A stretch of 64,000 nucleotides of DNA from Azonexus sp. Lineage in GTDB: Bacteria; Pseudomonadota; Gammaproteobacteria; Burkholderiales; Rhodocyclaceae. A model generated the notes under the pieces. The model worked only from the letters and a program-made list of their open reading frames with translations, made no database searches and was not told where the DNA came from. Below are positions 31,349 through 40,306 of this stretch, one piece after another (within the stretch, counting starts at the first letter, position 1; the number at the start of each line of letters is the position of its first letter). The translations under genes were made by a program, and so were the position numbers. Where the stretch lies: assembly GCA_041909105.1 (NCBI GenBank), contig JAYREE010000005.1, positions 17,885 to 81,884 on the forward strand, in the 5' to 3' direction.

Positions 31349-31379
31349 AAAAAAAAGGAAGACACGGAGGTCTTCCTTT
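31349..31379 (-). terminator. Intrinsic terminator of the roadblock/GTPase operon
   Basis: Minus strand AAAGGAAGAC-ctccgt-GTCTTCCTTT, continuing as a run of 8 T. Confidence 0.85.
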
Positions 31380-31455
31380 GTTTCATCGGCGAGGCGAACA
31401 ATACCCACCTGACTCCGAGTGTCGTTTCGAGCCCCCAGAGTCCGGCAATGAGCGC

Positions 31456-31815
31456 TTAGAAACTCAGTTCCTTGTCGACATCCTGGGTCTTGCGGCGGGC
31501 CATCGCCAGATTGGAGCGCGACTTATCCAACACGAGATAAATGAACACACCTTCCTTACGCGAAGAAGGACGAATGACATGATATTGCTTGCCCAAGGTG
31601 ATCAGAATGTCTTCAATCACGTCGTTCAGCCCCAATGCACGCATCGTCTTCTGTTTGGCTCGAATCACTTCGGTGTTCCCAGCCGCTGCAACCTCGAGAT
31701 CGACACCCGATCCTGCACTACCCAGCATCATGCCGCTGGTCGAGTCGACAATTGCAGCGCACATGGCGCCATCGAGTGTCAGAAGTTCATCCAGAGTTTG
31801 GTTAATGGTAGCCAT
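31456..31815 (-). CDS. Roadblock/LC7-like protein (119 aa)
   Basis: LDGAMCAAIVDSTSGMMLG, EVAAAGNTEVIRAK, IEDILITLGKQYHVIRP, NLAMAR. Confidence 0.82.
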   Translation of the reverse strand: MATINQTLDELLTLDGAMCAAIVDSTSGMMLGSAGSGVDLEVAAAGNTEVIRAKQKTMRALGLNDVIEDILITLGKQYHVIRPSSRKEGVFIYLVLDKSRSNLAMARRKTQDVDKELSF

Positions 31816-31854
31816 CGTGTACTCCTAAATTAATTGAATGAAAAAACTGCCCAA

Positions 31855-32220
31855 TTAAAGGCTGTCCACCACGGCGGACAGATCCGAAACTTGCTTCTGC
31901 CAAGCGGCCCAATCGACGGGTACCTTATCCATGGTGATCCCGACCATGATCATTCCTTTGCCGCAGGGCAGCATGGTGATTCGCCCATGGGCATGCACCA
32001 TTAAGGCCACGGAAAGCGGCCCCAATATTGAAAAATGACGATTCAGGCGATCGCTCAAGCGCCAGTAATCGCTGGCGGCTTCGGCATATTGGGCAATTTC
32101 GCGTATTTCTCCGGCGCCATGCCAAACCATCCCGGCCTCGATTTCCACCAGAGCACAACCGGCCATCCCGGGCATCACAGCCAGGTTGTCGATCATTTGC
32201 CGCAGTCGTTCTGCTTTCAT
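31855..32220 (-). CDS. Divergent roadblock-like protein (121 aa)
   Basis: MPGMAGCALVEIEAGMVW pattern parallels the roadblock N-terminus; start overlaps the upstream stop. Confidence 0.65.
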   Translation of the reverse strand: MKAERLRQMIDNLAVMPGMAGCALVEIEAGMVWHGAGEIREIAQYAEAASDYWRLSDRLNRHFSILGPLSVALMVHAHGRITMLPCGKGMIMVGITMDKVPVDWAAWQKQVSDLSAVVDSL

Positions 32221-32612
32221 CCGCTCACCAATATCCGCCCCAATTGGGCTGCCCGGTAATTCACTTGCGCGAGAACGGCGGCCCGATCGGCGATGACCGT
32301 CACCAGCAAGGGGCGACTCTCGTAATTCACCGATTGAAATACCGCGAACCCATCCCTGGATTGCACCATCATTCCTTCGGTCGCCCCGAGTTCAGCCTCC
32401 TGGCACACCACCTCGCCAATCGCAACGATCGAACTGGTCATCGCTGCAATCCGCTTGGCATCCGCGTTTCCCGAAACCACCGAGACCAGATCGAACCCAT
32501 CGATCGAGGCGACGACAACCCCCTTCACCCCCTGCAGTTCACGCATCAACGCTTCTGCTTCTTGGCGAACCTGAAGCTGCAAACCTATTGGCAATTCAAC
32601 GTACGAGCTCAT
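32217..32612 (-). CDS. Roadblock/LC7 (MglB-like) protein (131 aa)
   Basis: GVKGVVVASIDGFDL, RIAAMTSSIVAIGE, ELG...MVQSRDG, AVLAQV. Confidence 0.88.
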   Translation of the reverse strand: MSSYVELPIGLQLQVRQEAEALMRELQGVKGVVVASIDGFDLVSVVSGNADAKRIAAMTSSIVAIGEVVCQEAELGATEGMMVQSRDGFAVFQSVNYESRPLLVTVIADRAAVLAQVNYRAAQLGRILVSG

Positions 32613-33151
32613 TCCAGAACATCCATCCGATTGATTTCCATTTGCGCCAGCAGGATGTCGAGCAGCAACGCCACATCTTCACGTTTGCGGACATCGACAT
32701 CGATCACCGGAAAGGCATAACCACGCCCACACAAGAAATCGATGTATTCGTCGAGCGACGGCTTGGTATGGGTTTCGAGACGCCCCACCCCCACAGCAAA
32801 AGGCACGCTGTCGAGGTACGGCGAAAACCCATCCAAATAGGTCACCAGGTCGGCCATCGGATCGGGGCGCGTGTTATCGATCAGAACGATCACCCCCAGG
32901 GCATTGTTGGCCAAAATCTTCCAGAGAAAATCGAATCGCTGCTGCCCGGGGGTACCGAACAGACGAATACGATCCCCGTTATCCAGCGTCATCATCCCAA
33001 AATCCAGGCCGACCGTTGTTTTCGCCTTGCTGTGCTCGCTGTCGGTATTGTCCACATCGGTGACCACCGGCGGAGTTTCGCTGATGCAACCGATCGCGGT
33101 GGTCTTGCCCGCCCCCATGGGCCCGGTAAACAAAACTTTGTATTCGTTCAT
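32609..33151 (-). CDS. Small Ras-superfamily GTPase (MglA/CvnD-like ATP/GTP-binding protein)
   Basis: MNEYKVLFTGPMGAGKTT (G1), KTTVGLDFG (switch I), LFGTPGQQRFDFLW (G3). Confidence 0.9.
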   Translation of the reverse strand: MNEYKVLFTGPMGAGKTTAIGCISETPPVVTDVDNTDSEHSKAKTTVGLDFGMMTLDNGDRIRLFGTPGQQRFDFLWKILANNALGVIVLIDNTRPDPMADLVTYLDGFSPYLDSVPFAVGVGRLETHTKPSLDEYIDFLCGRGYAFPVIDVDVRKREDVALLLDILLAQMEINRMDVLE

Positions 33152-33155
33152 ATTT

Positions 33156-33827
33156 TTACAGGCCCAGCTTTCGCCGAAAACGGGCAAAAAAACCATCCGA
33201 CAAGGGCATGGCCGCTCCCCCCCCAACATTGGCCTTCACAACCGGTGCATTTGCTGACACCGGAATGTTTTGAATCAAGCCGACACTGCGTAACGCTTCG
33301 ATGAATGATTCGCACTGTCCGACAGGCCAAGACGAAATTTTGCTCATCTCGGTAATCGACAATGCGCGCTTCATCAGCATCGTCGCCAGCCGGATACGTC
33401 CCGGATCCTTATGTAACAGTAAGGCTGGTGGCCAACGCACGAGTTTCATCCTGATAATGGCTTTCTCCGGTACGGGCGAAATGCTTGCATTGATCGAAGG
33501 CCGCATGGCGTCATCACCAACCCTCGCTGCGAACTTCAAGAGCCAGGATTCCAAATGGTCGGAACGTAAAGGACGAGTCAATGAGTTTTCGTCCAAGCCC
33601 TGATCACCGCGCTCCAACACACGCAGAACCACGGTCGTTGGACGGCAAAGCCCCGCGGGCATAGCAGAGGCAAGCTGCTCACTCAGAACGACATCGACAG
33701 GCCCCGTTTCCGAAATTTCCCAAGGAAAGTCCGGGCGTGTGGAAAACAACCGGAAAAAAGCCTTGACCAGTGCCACTTCATTGGCCGGCATCTGGTAAAA
33801 ACCAAATCGCAATTTCGCCACCATCAC
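33156..33827 (-). CDS. Hypothetical protein: degenerate receiver-like N-terminus, winged-helix-like C-terminus, amphipathic tail
   Basis: VDVVL...LTRPLR (receiver-like without a clear acidic pocket); KLVRWP...RLATML...ITEMSKIS...CESFIEALRSVG; ends GFFARFRRKLGL. First gene of the operon. Confidence 0.7.
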   Translation of the reverse strand: MMVAKLRFGFYQMPANEVALVKAFFRLFSTRPDFPWEISETGPVDVVLSEQLASAMPAGLCRPTTVVLRVLERGDQGLDENSLTRPLRSDHLESWLLKFAARVGDDAMRPSINASISPVPEKAIIRMKLVRWPPALLLHKDPGRIRLATMLMKRALSITEMSKISSWPVGQCESFIEALRSVGLIQNIPVSANAPVVKANVGGGAAMPLSDGFFARFRRKLGL

Positions 33828-34366
33828 TCTGCCAACACCGTTTCTGCGAGCCCTTAAAAAAGGTCGGGCAATGCGCGAATCAAGGCACTGCAGAAAAAAC
33901 AGTCCGATTCGAGAACGCCAGATTTATAAAATCAGGGCAAATTATAATAATCAAACCCAGCAAAAACACACCAAATTTACCATATTTACAAACCAAATAC
34001 ATTAATCAACAAATCGTCATGCTGTGCGAACGGAATCAGTTCTACTGATAGTGGAAAGTCTAGTTTTAAAATCGTCCAACAGGCTGATTCAAATAACTTT
34101 ATTTGAACAACAAGCAATCACTTTCTCATTGTTTTACCAACCACCACCCGAGCTAGGCGCCTCTAAATATTACACAAACACAAAATATATTTGTTGATTT
34201 TGCAACTTAAGCAAGGTGGTTAGCATGAGCGGCGCCAAGCAAGTAGATCATTCGGGGCAGGCTCCCCCGTAGCGCAGCAGGCGCCCTGCATCAGACGCAG
34301 CGAATTTCCGGCGTACAAACCACCCACCAAACAAGGCGTCGGCTCTCAGAAAAAGCAAGATCATGC

Positions 34367-34390
34367 AAAAAAGGGCTGCATTACAGCCCT
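34367..34390 (-). terminator. Intrinsic terminator after the mutarotase gene
   Basis: Minus strand AGGGCTG-taatg-CAGCCCT followed by TTTTT. Confidence 0.75.
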
Positions 34391-34404
34391 CGAGAATATT
34401 CAGC

Positions 34405-35253
34405 TCAGACTGCTACCAGCGTCTGCCGACCGTACCACTCGTCGCCCGGCTCGACGGTCACTGCTTCTGTAGCCACGGCCGCTTCGACACAAAGCATGTG
34501 GCGCCAACCATCCGCCGGCATGTCGGGTAGTGCCGCGCATTGCTCGACCCATGGATTCCACACGACAACATCCGGGAACCCCTGACTCTGGATACCCAGA
34601 CTCAGATTGCCGGCCTGCAGCAGTTGCGGGCGGCCAACATCGCGGTAGATGCGATCAACTTCCTGCTCGACACCCAGGTGAGTACCGGTTTCGCGCACGA
34701 CCTGTCGGCCCTTCGCCACATCGCAATAGTTGTAGCCGTAAAGCCCTTCCAGCGCGACGTCCTCAACCTGGATGGTACGCAAGTAGGTATGCAGGGCACC
34801 GGTGAAGTCGAACTCGGACTCGCCTGTATTGGCCACGCACAGTTCGAGGTCGATGCGATCGGCTTCGATCATCAGGGTCAGTTCGACGCGGAAAGGGTGC
34901 GGCCATACTTGGCGCGTGACCTGGTCGTCCGTCACCTCCATCGTTACCAACGCATAGTCGTCACCGCTGCGCTGCGCCGCCACCTCCCAACGCCGGGTAC
35001 GCAGGAAGCCATGGCGCGGCAGACTACCCTGCTCGGCGAATTGCGGGAAACAGACGGGAACACCGCCGCGGATCGGCTTGCTGCCATCGAACACGGCCTT
35101 CTCGGAGAGGAAAAGGCGTTCGCGGCCATCCGGCGTCACCCAGGACAGCACCTGCCCGCCGAGGCGGCTGATGACGGCCGAAGAGCCTTTCGGGCCGTGC
35201 AGGCGCAAGGCTTCGGTGCCGTGGAAATCGATGGTTTCAATGTAAGGTTTCAT
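34405..35253 (-). CDS. D-hexose-6-phosphate mutarotase (aldose 1-epimerase family, YeaD-like)
   Basis: GGQVLSW, PIRGGVPVCFPQF, HGFLR, FTGALHTY, EVDRIY, VVVWNPW, MLCVEAA. Confidence 0.93.
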   Translation of the reverse strand: MKPYIETIDFHGTEALRLHGPKGSSAVISRLGGQVLSWVTPDGRERLFLSEKAVFDGSKPIRGGVPVCFPQFAEQGSLPRHGFLRTRRWEVAAQRSGDDYALVTMEVTDDQVTRQVWPHPFRVELTLMIEADRIDLELCVANTGESEFDFTGALHTYLRTIQVEDVALEGLYGYNYCDVAKGRQVVRETGTHLGVEQEVDRIYRDVGRPQLLQAGNLSLGIQSQGFPDVVVWNPWVEQCAALPDMPADGWRHMLCVEAAVATEAVTVEPGDEWYGRQTLVAV

Positions 35254-35578
35254 GAGCTTTCGGAATGACGTAAAGATTGGGCCGGACATGCAGCAGCTCG
35301 ACCTCGTGGCCAAGCAGGCTGACGCTGCCGCTGCGCCGGTTGTCGCCGGTATCGCTGTACTCGAAGGCGAAGACGCGGCGCAGGACAAGACGCCCGTCTT
35401 CATCGCGCGCAAACGCCGTCGAACGACCGGCCACGGTTTCATCAAGGAATTGCAAGCCTTCCTGGGCACAAGCGGCGCGCGCCGCCTCGATACCGATTTC
35501 CCGTGCTTTCAGGCCATCCAGCCAGAACCATGCAAGGCCGCCGAGAATGAGAAGGAAGAGCAATTCGAGCAGATCCAT
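35237..35578 (-). CDS. DUF3301 domain-containing protein
   Basis: N-terminal TM, KAREIG..AC...LQFLDETV, RRVFAFEYSDTGDNRRSG. Confidence 0.85.
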   Translation of the reverse strand: MDLLELLFLLILGGLAWFWLDGLKAREIGIEAARAACAQEGLQFLDETVAGRSTAFARDEDGRLVLRRVFAFEYSDTGDNRRSGSVSLLGHEVELLHVRPNLYVIPKAHETLH

Positions 35579-35670
35579 CGGCCGAGTATACGAAAAAGCG
35601 GCAATAAGTCACAGAAAATGACGTCAACATGAGAGATAATCCGACTGCGCGCCAAATACCCGTTTGACAT

Positions 35671-37197
35671 ATGAACTCTCCACTGCAACTGTTCCGCGAC
35701 CTGCTCCCCTTCTCCAACGGCCATACCGAAGACAAGGCCGCAGCCAACGTACACAGCCTGCTCGAATCGACCGCTGGCCTCCCCCCGCAGGAAGTCGTCG
35801 TCCGCCTGACCAGCGGGGTTCTGCCGGCTGCCGCAGGGCAGAGCAACCTGCACATGCGCTTCAAGCTGCTGGAAGATATCCGCCATGTCGCGGAATCGAC
35901 GCTACCAGCATTGGAGGCATATGTCTCGCAAGCGGTACTCCCTTTACCGCTGGCCGCCACAACATCCGCCCTGCATGCCGACAACCTGATCAAGGGCATG
36001 GCCCATGCCTATGCCAACCTCGCCCGCAACATCGCCAAGCATCAGCAGCACCAAGGCTTAAGCCACCTTTTCCATCGTGCGATCCAACGCGCCTTGGCTC
36101 TCGTCGCCCGGCGCCAGCGCCTGGCCTATCGCGCCTATGCGATGCCCTCGGCGACCTCGTGGCAGATGCTGCACGACCTCTACCGCATGGGCTGCGACCC
36201 GCTCACCATGCCACTAAACGGTGAGACCGCACCGATCGAACATGAGTACCTCGAGGCCTTGCTCTTCGCCTACATCGAACCCAACAAACTGCATCGCAGC
36301 GAACTGGACGAACTACTCTTCTCTACCCGCCAACTTGCCGCCTACGCGGTGATCTCCGAAGTCACGCCGGACACCCTGAATATCCGCCAGAGCGAGAGCT
36401 GCTTCCTGGTTCGTCCGGACGAAGGCTCGCCCGGCAGCCCCCTGAGCCGCATCGCGCCAGGCAGTTCGATCTTCGGCTGCCTGATCGTCGATTGCACGCA
36501 GGTTCTGGCAGCGCTGGATCGCAACATTTCGCGCGTACCTGGCAAGAGTATTGAGCCCGACCTGCGCGTTTCGCCTGCCATCCTGCAGGCCTTGCGCACG
36601 GCAATTGGCGGCAAGGGCTCGCGTCGCTTCAGCCGGACGAAGTTCCGTCCCCGCGGCGACGTCGTCGGCGGACTGGCCCAGGTCGTCGCCTTCCTCGACG
36701 GCCATGCCTTCTCGCGCCGCTCGCTCGACGCTTTCGGGCGCCAGGATGCACGCGATTTCGCTGCCAGCGAATGGGCCATGATCGACGAAAGCCCAGACGG
36801 TTTCCGCCTGCGCTTCATCAAGGGCGAAAAGTGGCAGATCGGCGTCGGCGACGTGGTTGCCCTGCAACCGCGCGAATCGAGCAAGGTGCACGTCTGCCTG
36901 GTGCGTCGCGTCACATCCACCAACAATCGTCTCGAACTCGGCCTGCAACTGATGTCGCCACAGGTCAGCATCGCCGAACTCGCCATCGACAACACCGCCG
37001 GGCCGCGCGTAATCTTCATGCACAGCCTGCCGGCCTACGGCCGCTATCCTGGCCTGATCGTGCCGCCCGGCGTGGTCAGCAGCGGCAACTCGGTGACGCT
37101 GCGTTTGCCAGGACGTAGCGTGGCGCATCGCATCGGGAAATGCATGGAAGCCAACGACGGGCTAGAATTCTATGCCCTCGAACCGTCGCCTCTCTGA
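35671..37197 (+). CDS. Hypothetical 508-aa protein with C-terminal PilZ-like motifs
   Basis: Helical N-terminal region; RRFSR (RxxxR) followed later by DESPDG (DxSxxG) and a beta-rich C-terminus. Confidence 0.65.
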   Translation: MNSPLQLFRDLLPFSNGHTEDKAAANVHSLLESTAGLPPQEVVVRLTSGVLPAAAGQSNLHMRFKLLEDIRHVAESTLPALEAYVSQAVLPLPLAATTSALHADNLIKGMAHAYANLARNIAKHQQHQGLSHLFHRAIQRALALVARRQRLAYRAYAMPSATSWQMLHDLYRMGCDPLTMPLNGETAPIEHEYLEALLFAYIEPNKLHRSELDELLFSTRQLAAYAVISEVTPDTLNIRQSESCFLVRPDEGSPGSPLSRIAPGSSIFGCLIVDCTQVLAALDRNISRVPGKSIEPDLRVSPAILQALRTAIGGKGSRRFSRTKFRPRGDVVGGLAQVVAFLDGHAFSRRSLDAFGRQDARDFAASEWAMIDESPDGFRLRFIKGEKWQIGVGDVVALQPRESSKVHVCLVRRVTSTNNRLELGLQLMSPQVSIAELAIDNTAGPRVIFMHSLPAYGRYPGLIVPPGVVSSGNSVTLRLPGRSVAHRIGKCMEANDGLEFYALEPSPL

Positions 37198-37205
37198 TTT
37201 CCCTA

Positions 37206-38051
37206 ATGCTCAGCTACCGCCATGCCTATCACGCCGGCAACCACGCCGACGTGCTGAAACATCTCATCCTGATCCAGATCGGACTGTACCTGGCTGAAAA
37301 GCCGGCCCCTTTCTGGATCGTCGACACCCATGCCGGCGCCGGGCGCTACGCGCTGGAATCGGAGCATGCCAAGAAACTCGGCGAATACATCGACGGGATC
37401 GGCCGCCTGTGGAACGAACCGAATCTGCCCACTGCTGCGGTGGACTACGTCGAAACGGTAAAAATGCTCAACCCGGACGGCAAGCTGCGCCACTACCCCG
37501 GCTCGCCCTGGATTGCCCGCCAGCTGCTGCGCGATACCGACCGCCTGCGTCTTTTCGAGATGCACAGCACCGACAGCAAGCTGTTGATCGAATGCTTCAA
37601 GGGCGCCGGTCGTCAGGTCGGCATTACAGTCGGCGACGGTTTCACCGGCCTCAAGGCCCTGCTGCCGCCCCCGCCCCGGCGTGGCCTGGTGCTGATTGAC
37701 CCTTCGTACGAAACCAAGGCGGACTACGGCGCAGTGGTCAAAGGCTTGCAGGAGGCGCTCAAGCGCTTCGCGACGGGCACCTATGCCCTGTGGTACCCGA
37801 TGCTGGCCAAGCTCGAATCACACCAGTTGCCGGACCGCCTGAAGAGCCTGGGCGCCAAGGACTGGCTGCACGCGACGCTGGAAGTCAAAGCGCCGGCCAA
37901 GGACGGCTTCGGCATGCACGGCAGCGGCATGTTCATCATCAACCCACCGTGGACGCTGGAAAAGACGCTGCACGAAACCCTGCCCAAGCTGACCGAACTC
38001 CTCGCCCAGGGGCCGGGCGCGAAATACACGATCGAGAGCCAGTCAGCCTAA
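37206..38051 (+). CDS. rlmJ: 23S rRNA (adenine(2030)-N6)-methyltransferase RlmJ
   Basis: MLSYRHAYHAGNHADVLKH, DTHAGAGRY, YPGSP, LIDPSYE, WYP, GSGMFIINPPW. Confidence 0.96.
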   Translation: MLSYRHAYHAGNHADVLKHLILIQIGLYLAEKPAPFWIVDTHAGAGRYALESEHAKKLGEYIDGIGRLWNEPNLPTAAVDYVETVKMLNPDGKLRHYPGSPWIARQLLRDTDRLRLFEMHSTDSKLLIECFKGAGRQVGITVGDGFTGLKALLPPPPRRGLVLIDPSYETKADYGAVVKGLQEALKRFATGTYALWYPMLAKLESHQLPDRLKSLGAKDWLHATLEVKAPAKDGFGMHGSGMFIINPPWTLEKTLHETLPKLTELLAQGPGAKYTIESQSA

Positions 38052-38399
38052 GTCGGTGTATTTCGCTCGCGAGCCGTAGGCTTTGTCGACCGGGTATTTC
38101 TCGTTGTTCTTGACCAGCTTGGCCCAGGCCGCCTGCGGCAGATCGATCCCTGCCTTGTCGGCCACCAGTAGCAGGAGCAACAGAATATCGGCGCATTCGT
38201 CGCGCAACTCTTCGGCGGCTTTCGCATCGGCCGACAGCGCATCGATCTCGGCGTCGGTTTTCCACTGCGTCAGCTCCAGCAGCTCTGCCGCTTCGAGATT
38301 GAGCGACACGATCAGGTTGCGCAGCGAGTGAAATTGGCTCCAGGCGCGGGCATCGCGAAAGGCGCACACTTCGGCGGTCAAGGCTTCGAATTCGCCCAT
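38043..38399 (-). CDS. MazG-like nucleotide pyrophosphohydrolase (dCTPase-like)
   Basis: FRDARAWSQFH..RNL..EAAELLELTQW, EECAD-like ELRDECADI, KNNEKYP. Confidence 0.9.
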   Translation of the reverse strand: MGEFEALTAEVCAFRDARAWSQFHSLRNLIVSLNLEAAELLELTQWKTDAEIDALSADAKAAEELRDECADILLLLLLVADKAGIDLPQAAWAKLVKNNEKYPVDKAYGSRAKYTDLG

Positions 38400-38483
38400 G
38401 GTGAATTGGCATCAGGAAAAATCGCGATGATGCCACACACGCTGGGCGGCTAGAATCACTACTCCTGATCTGACGGCACGCCC

Positions 38484-39725
38484 ATGAACGCACGCTCGCT
38501 CAACACTCGTATCCTGATCGGCTGCCTGCTTGGCATCGCCGGTGGTTGGTGGCTCACCGGCCAAACGGCCACGCCGCTGGGGCAAAACACACTGTACGGG
38601 GCCAAGCTGCTGGGCAATCTCTTTCTCGATCTGCTACGCATGGTGCTCGTGCCATTGGTGTTCGCCTCCATCGTTACCGGCGTCGCCAACCTGCGGGCGC
38701 ATCAGCGGATGCATCGCGTCTGGGTAACGACACTGCTCTTCTTCTTCGCCACCATGGGCATCGCCATCGTCATCGGCTTTGGCGCGGCCCATTTGTTCCG
38801 GCCGGGCGAAGGGCTCCGCCTGGAGATGTTCGCCGAGGCGACGGCCAACTATCAGGCCCGACAAATGCCGCTGCCCGACTACATCGCGCAATTCCTGCGC
38901 GGGCTCTTCCAAAACCCGTTCAAGGCCCTCGCCCAAGGGGAGCTCCTGGCTATTGTGATGATCGCGCTATTTCTTGGCATCGCCCTAGTCGTCGGTGGCG
39001 AACGCTACAAGAACATTCGCACGCTGATTGAGGAACTGCAGGAAATCTGCCTGAGAATTGTCGGCTGGATCATGCACCTCGCCCCGTTCGGTCTCGCCGC
39101 CCTGCTGCTGCAACTGATCGCCATGCAGGAAGTGCGTCTGCTTGGCAGCCTAGGCCATTTCATCGCCATCGTCACCGGCACCACGCTCTTTCACGGCATC
39201 GTTGTCCTGCCAGGCATCCTGTGGCTGCTCGCCGGCGTTTCGCCCAGACGCTTCTTCAAAGGCGCCCGCGAGGCCTTGCTCACAGCCTTCGTCACCAGCT
39301 CGAGTGCTGCCACGTTGCCGGTTACGCTACGCTGCACCGAGCAACATCTGCATGTGAAGAAGGAGATCGCCAGCTTCGTTGTACCTCTGGGGGCAACGGT
39401 CAACATGGACGGTACGGCACTTTACGAAGCAGCCGCTGCACTCTTCGTGGCACGCCTGGCCGGCATCGAACTCGATCTCGCCAGCCAGATGGTGATTTTC
39501 TTCGTCGCCATGCTGGGCGCGATCGGCGCCCCGGGCATTCCCAGCGTCGGCATGCTGAGCATGGTGCTGGTACTCGAATCGGTCGGCCTGCCCACCGCCG
39601 CCATCGCCCTCCTGCTGCCCATCGACCGTCTGCTCGACACCACGCGCACGATGGTCAATGTCGAAGGCGACATGGTTGGTAGCCTGATCGTGCAAAAGTA
39701 CGCCAACCCAGAAGCCAAGCTGTAA
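38484..39725 (+). CDS. Dicarboxylate/amino acid:cation symporter (DAACS family)
   Basis: FLDLLRMVLVPLVF, AFVTSSSAATLPVT, PLGATVNMDGTALY, DRLLDTTRTMVNVEGD. Confidence 0.94.
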   Translation: MNARSLNTRILIGCLLGIAGGWWLTGQTATPLGQNTLYGAKLLGNLFLDLLRMVLVPLVFASIVTGVANLRAHQRMHRVWVTTLLFFFATMGIAIVIGFGAAHLFRPGEGLRLEMFAEATANYQARQMPLPDYIAQFLRGLFQNPFKALAQGELLAIVMIALFLGIALVVGGERYKNIRTLIEELQEICLRIVGWIMHLAPFGLAALLLQLIAMQEVRLLGSLGHFIAIVTGTTLFHGIVVLPGILWLLAGVSPRRFFKGAREALLTAFVTSSSAATLPVTLRCTEQHLHVKKEIASFVVPLGATVNMDGTALYEAAAALFVARLAGIELDLASQMVIFFVAMLGAIGAPGIPSVGMLSMVLVLESVGLPTAAIALLLPIDRLLDTTRTMVNVEGDMVGSLIVQKYANPEAKL

Positions 39726-39744
39726 CCAATCCGGCCGAACCTGC

Positions 39745-40179
39745 TTACCTGTCCGGCACCTCGATGCCGTGCTGACGTAGCCAGGTCTTGTCCAGTTCCC
39801 AGCGCACTTCGGCGATCCCCGGCTGCGCCAGGACGATATGCCGCGCCTCGTCCTGCACCTGGCCGAGCAGATGTTCGATGGCGATAAATTCCGGATTGTT
39901 CGCATCCTTCACGTTGATGTTCGGGTACAGCGCGCCGAGCATGCGAAAGGCCGGCACCTCGAAATTGCGCGGCGTGGACATCACGGCCGTCTTGCCTTCG
40001 ACCCGCAACACTTCAAACTGATAGGGATAATCCCGCAGCTTCGGGCTGCCTTCTTTGGCGATGATGGCATTCAACTCGCGCGAGCGCGCATCCGGACGGC
40101 GCATGGCCCAATCAAGCGCCACCAGCAGCGCCAACACGATGAGCACCCATTGCCACGATTTGATTCGACGCAGTTTCAT
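39745..40179 (-). CDS. Hypothetical membrane-anchored protein (144 aa)
   Basis: Basic N-terminus plus TM helix; YPYQFEVL, MSTPR, PGIAEVRWELD; no catalytic motif recognised. Confidence 0.7.
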   Translation of the reverse strand: MKLRRIKSWQWVLIVLALLVALDWAMRRPDARSRELNAIIAKEGSPKLRDYPYQFEVLRVEGKTAVMSTPRNFEVPAFRMLGALYPNINVKDANNPEFIAIEHLLGQVQDEARHIVLAQPGIAEVRWELDKTWLRQHGIEVPDR

Positions 40180-40306
40180 GCAACACACTTTCCTAGCGAC
40201 CTGTTTGCCCCGCTCTGCTACCCGGCCAGCCGCAAGACTATCACCGCTATCACTGCTGCGGTGCACATGCCAAAATAGGCAAAAACCAAAATCACAAGGA
40301 AAATCC

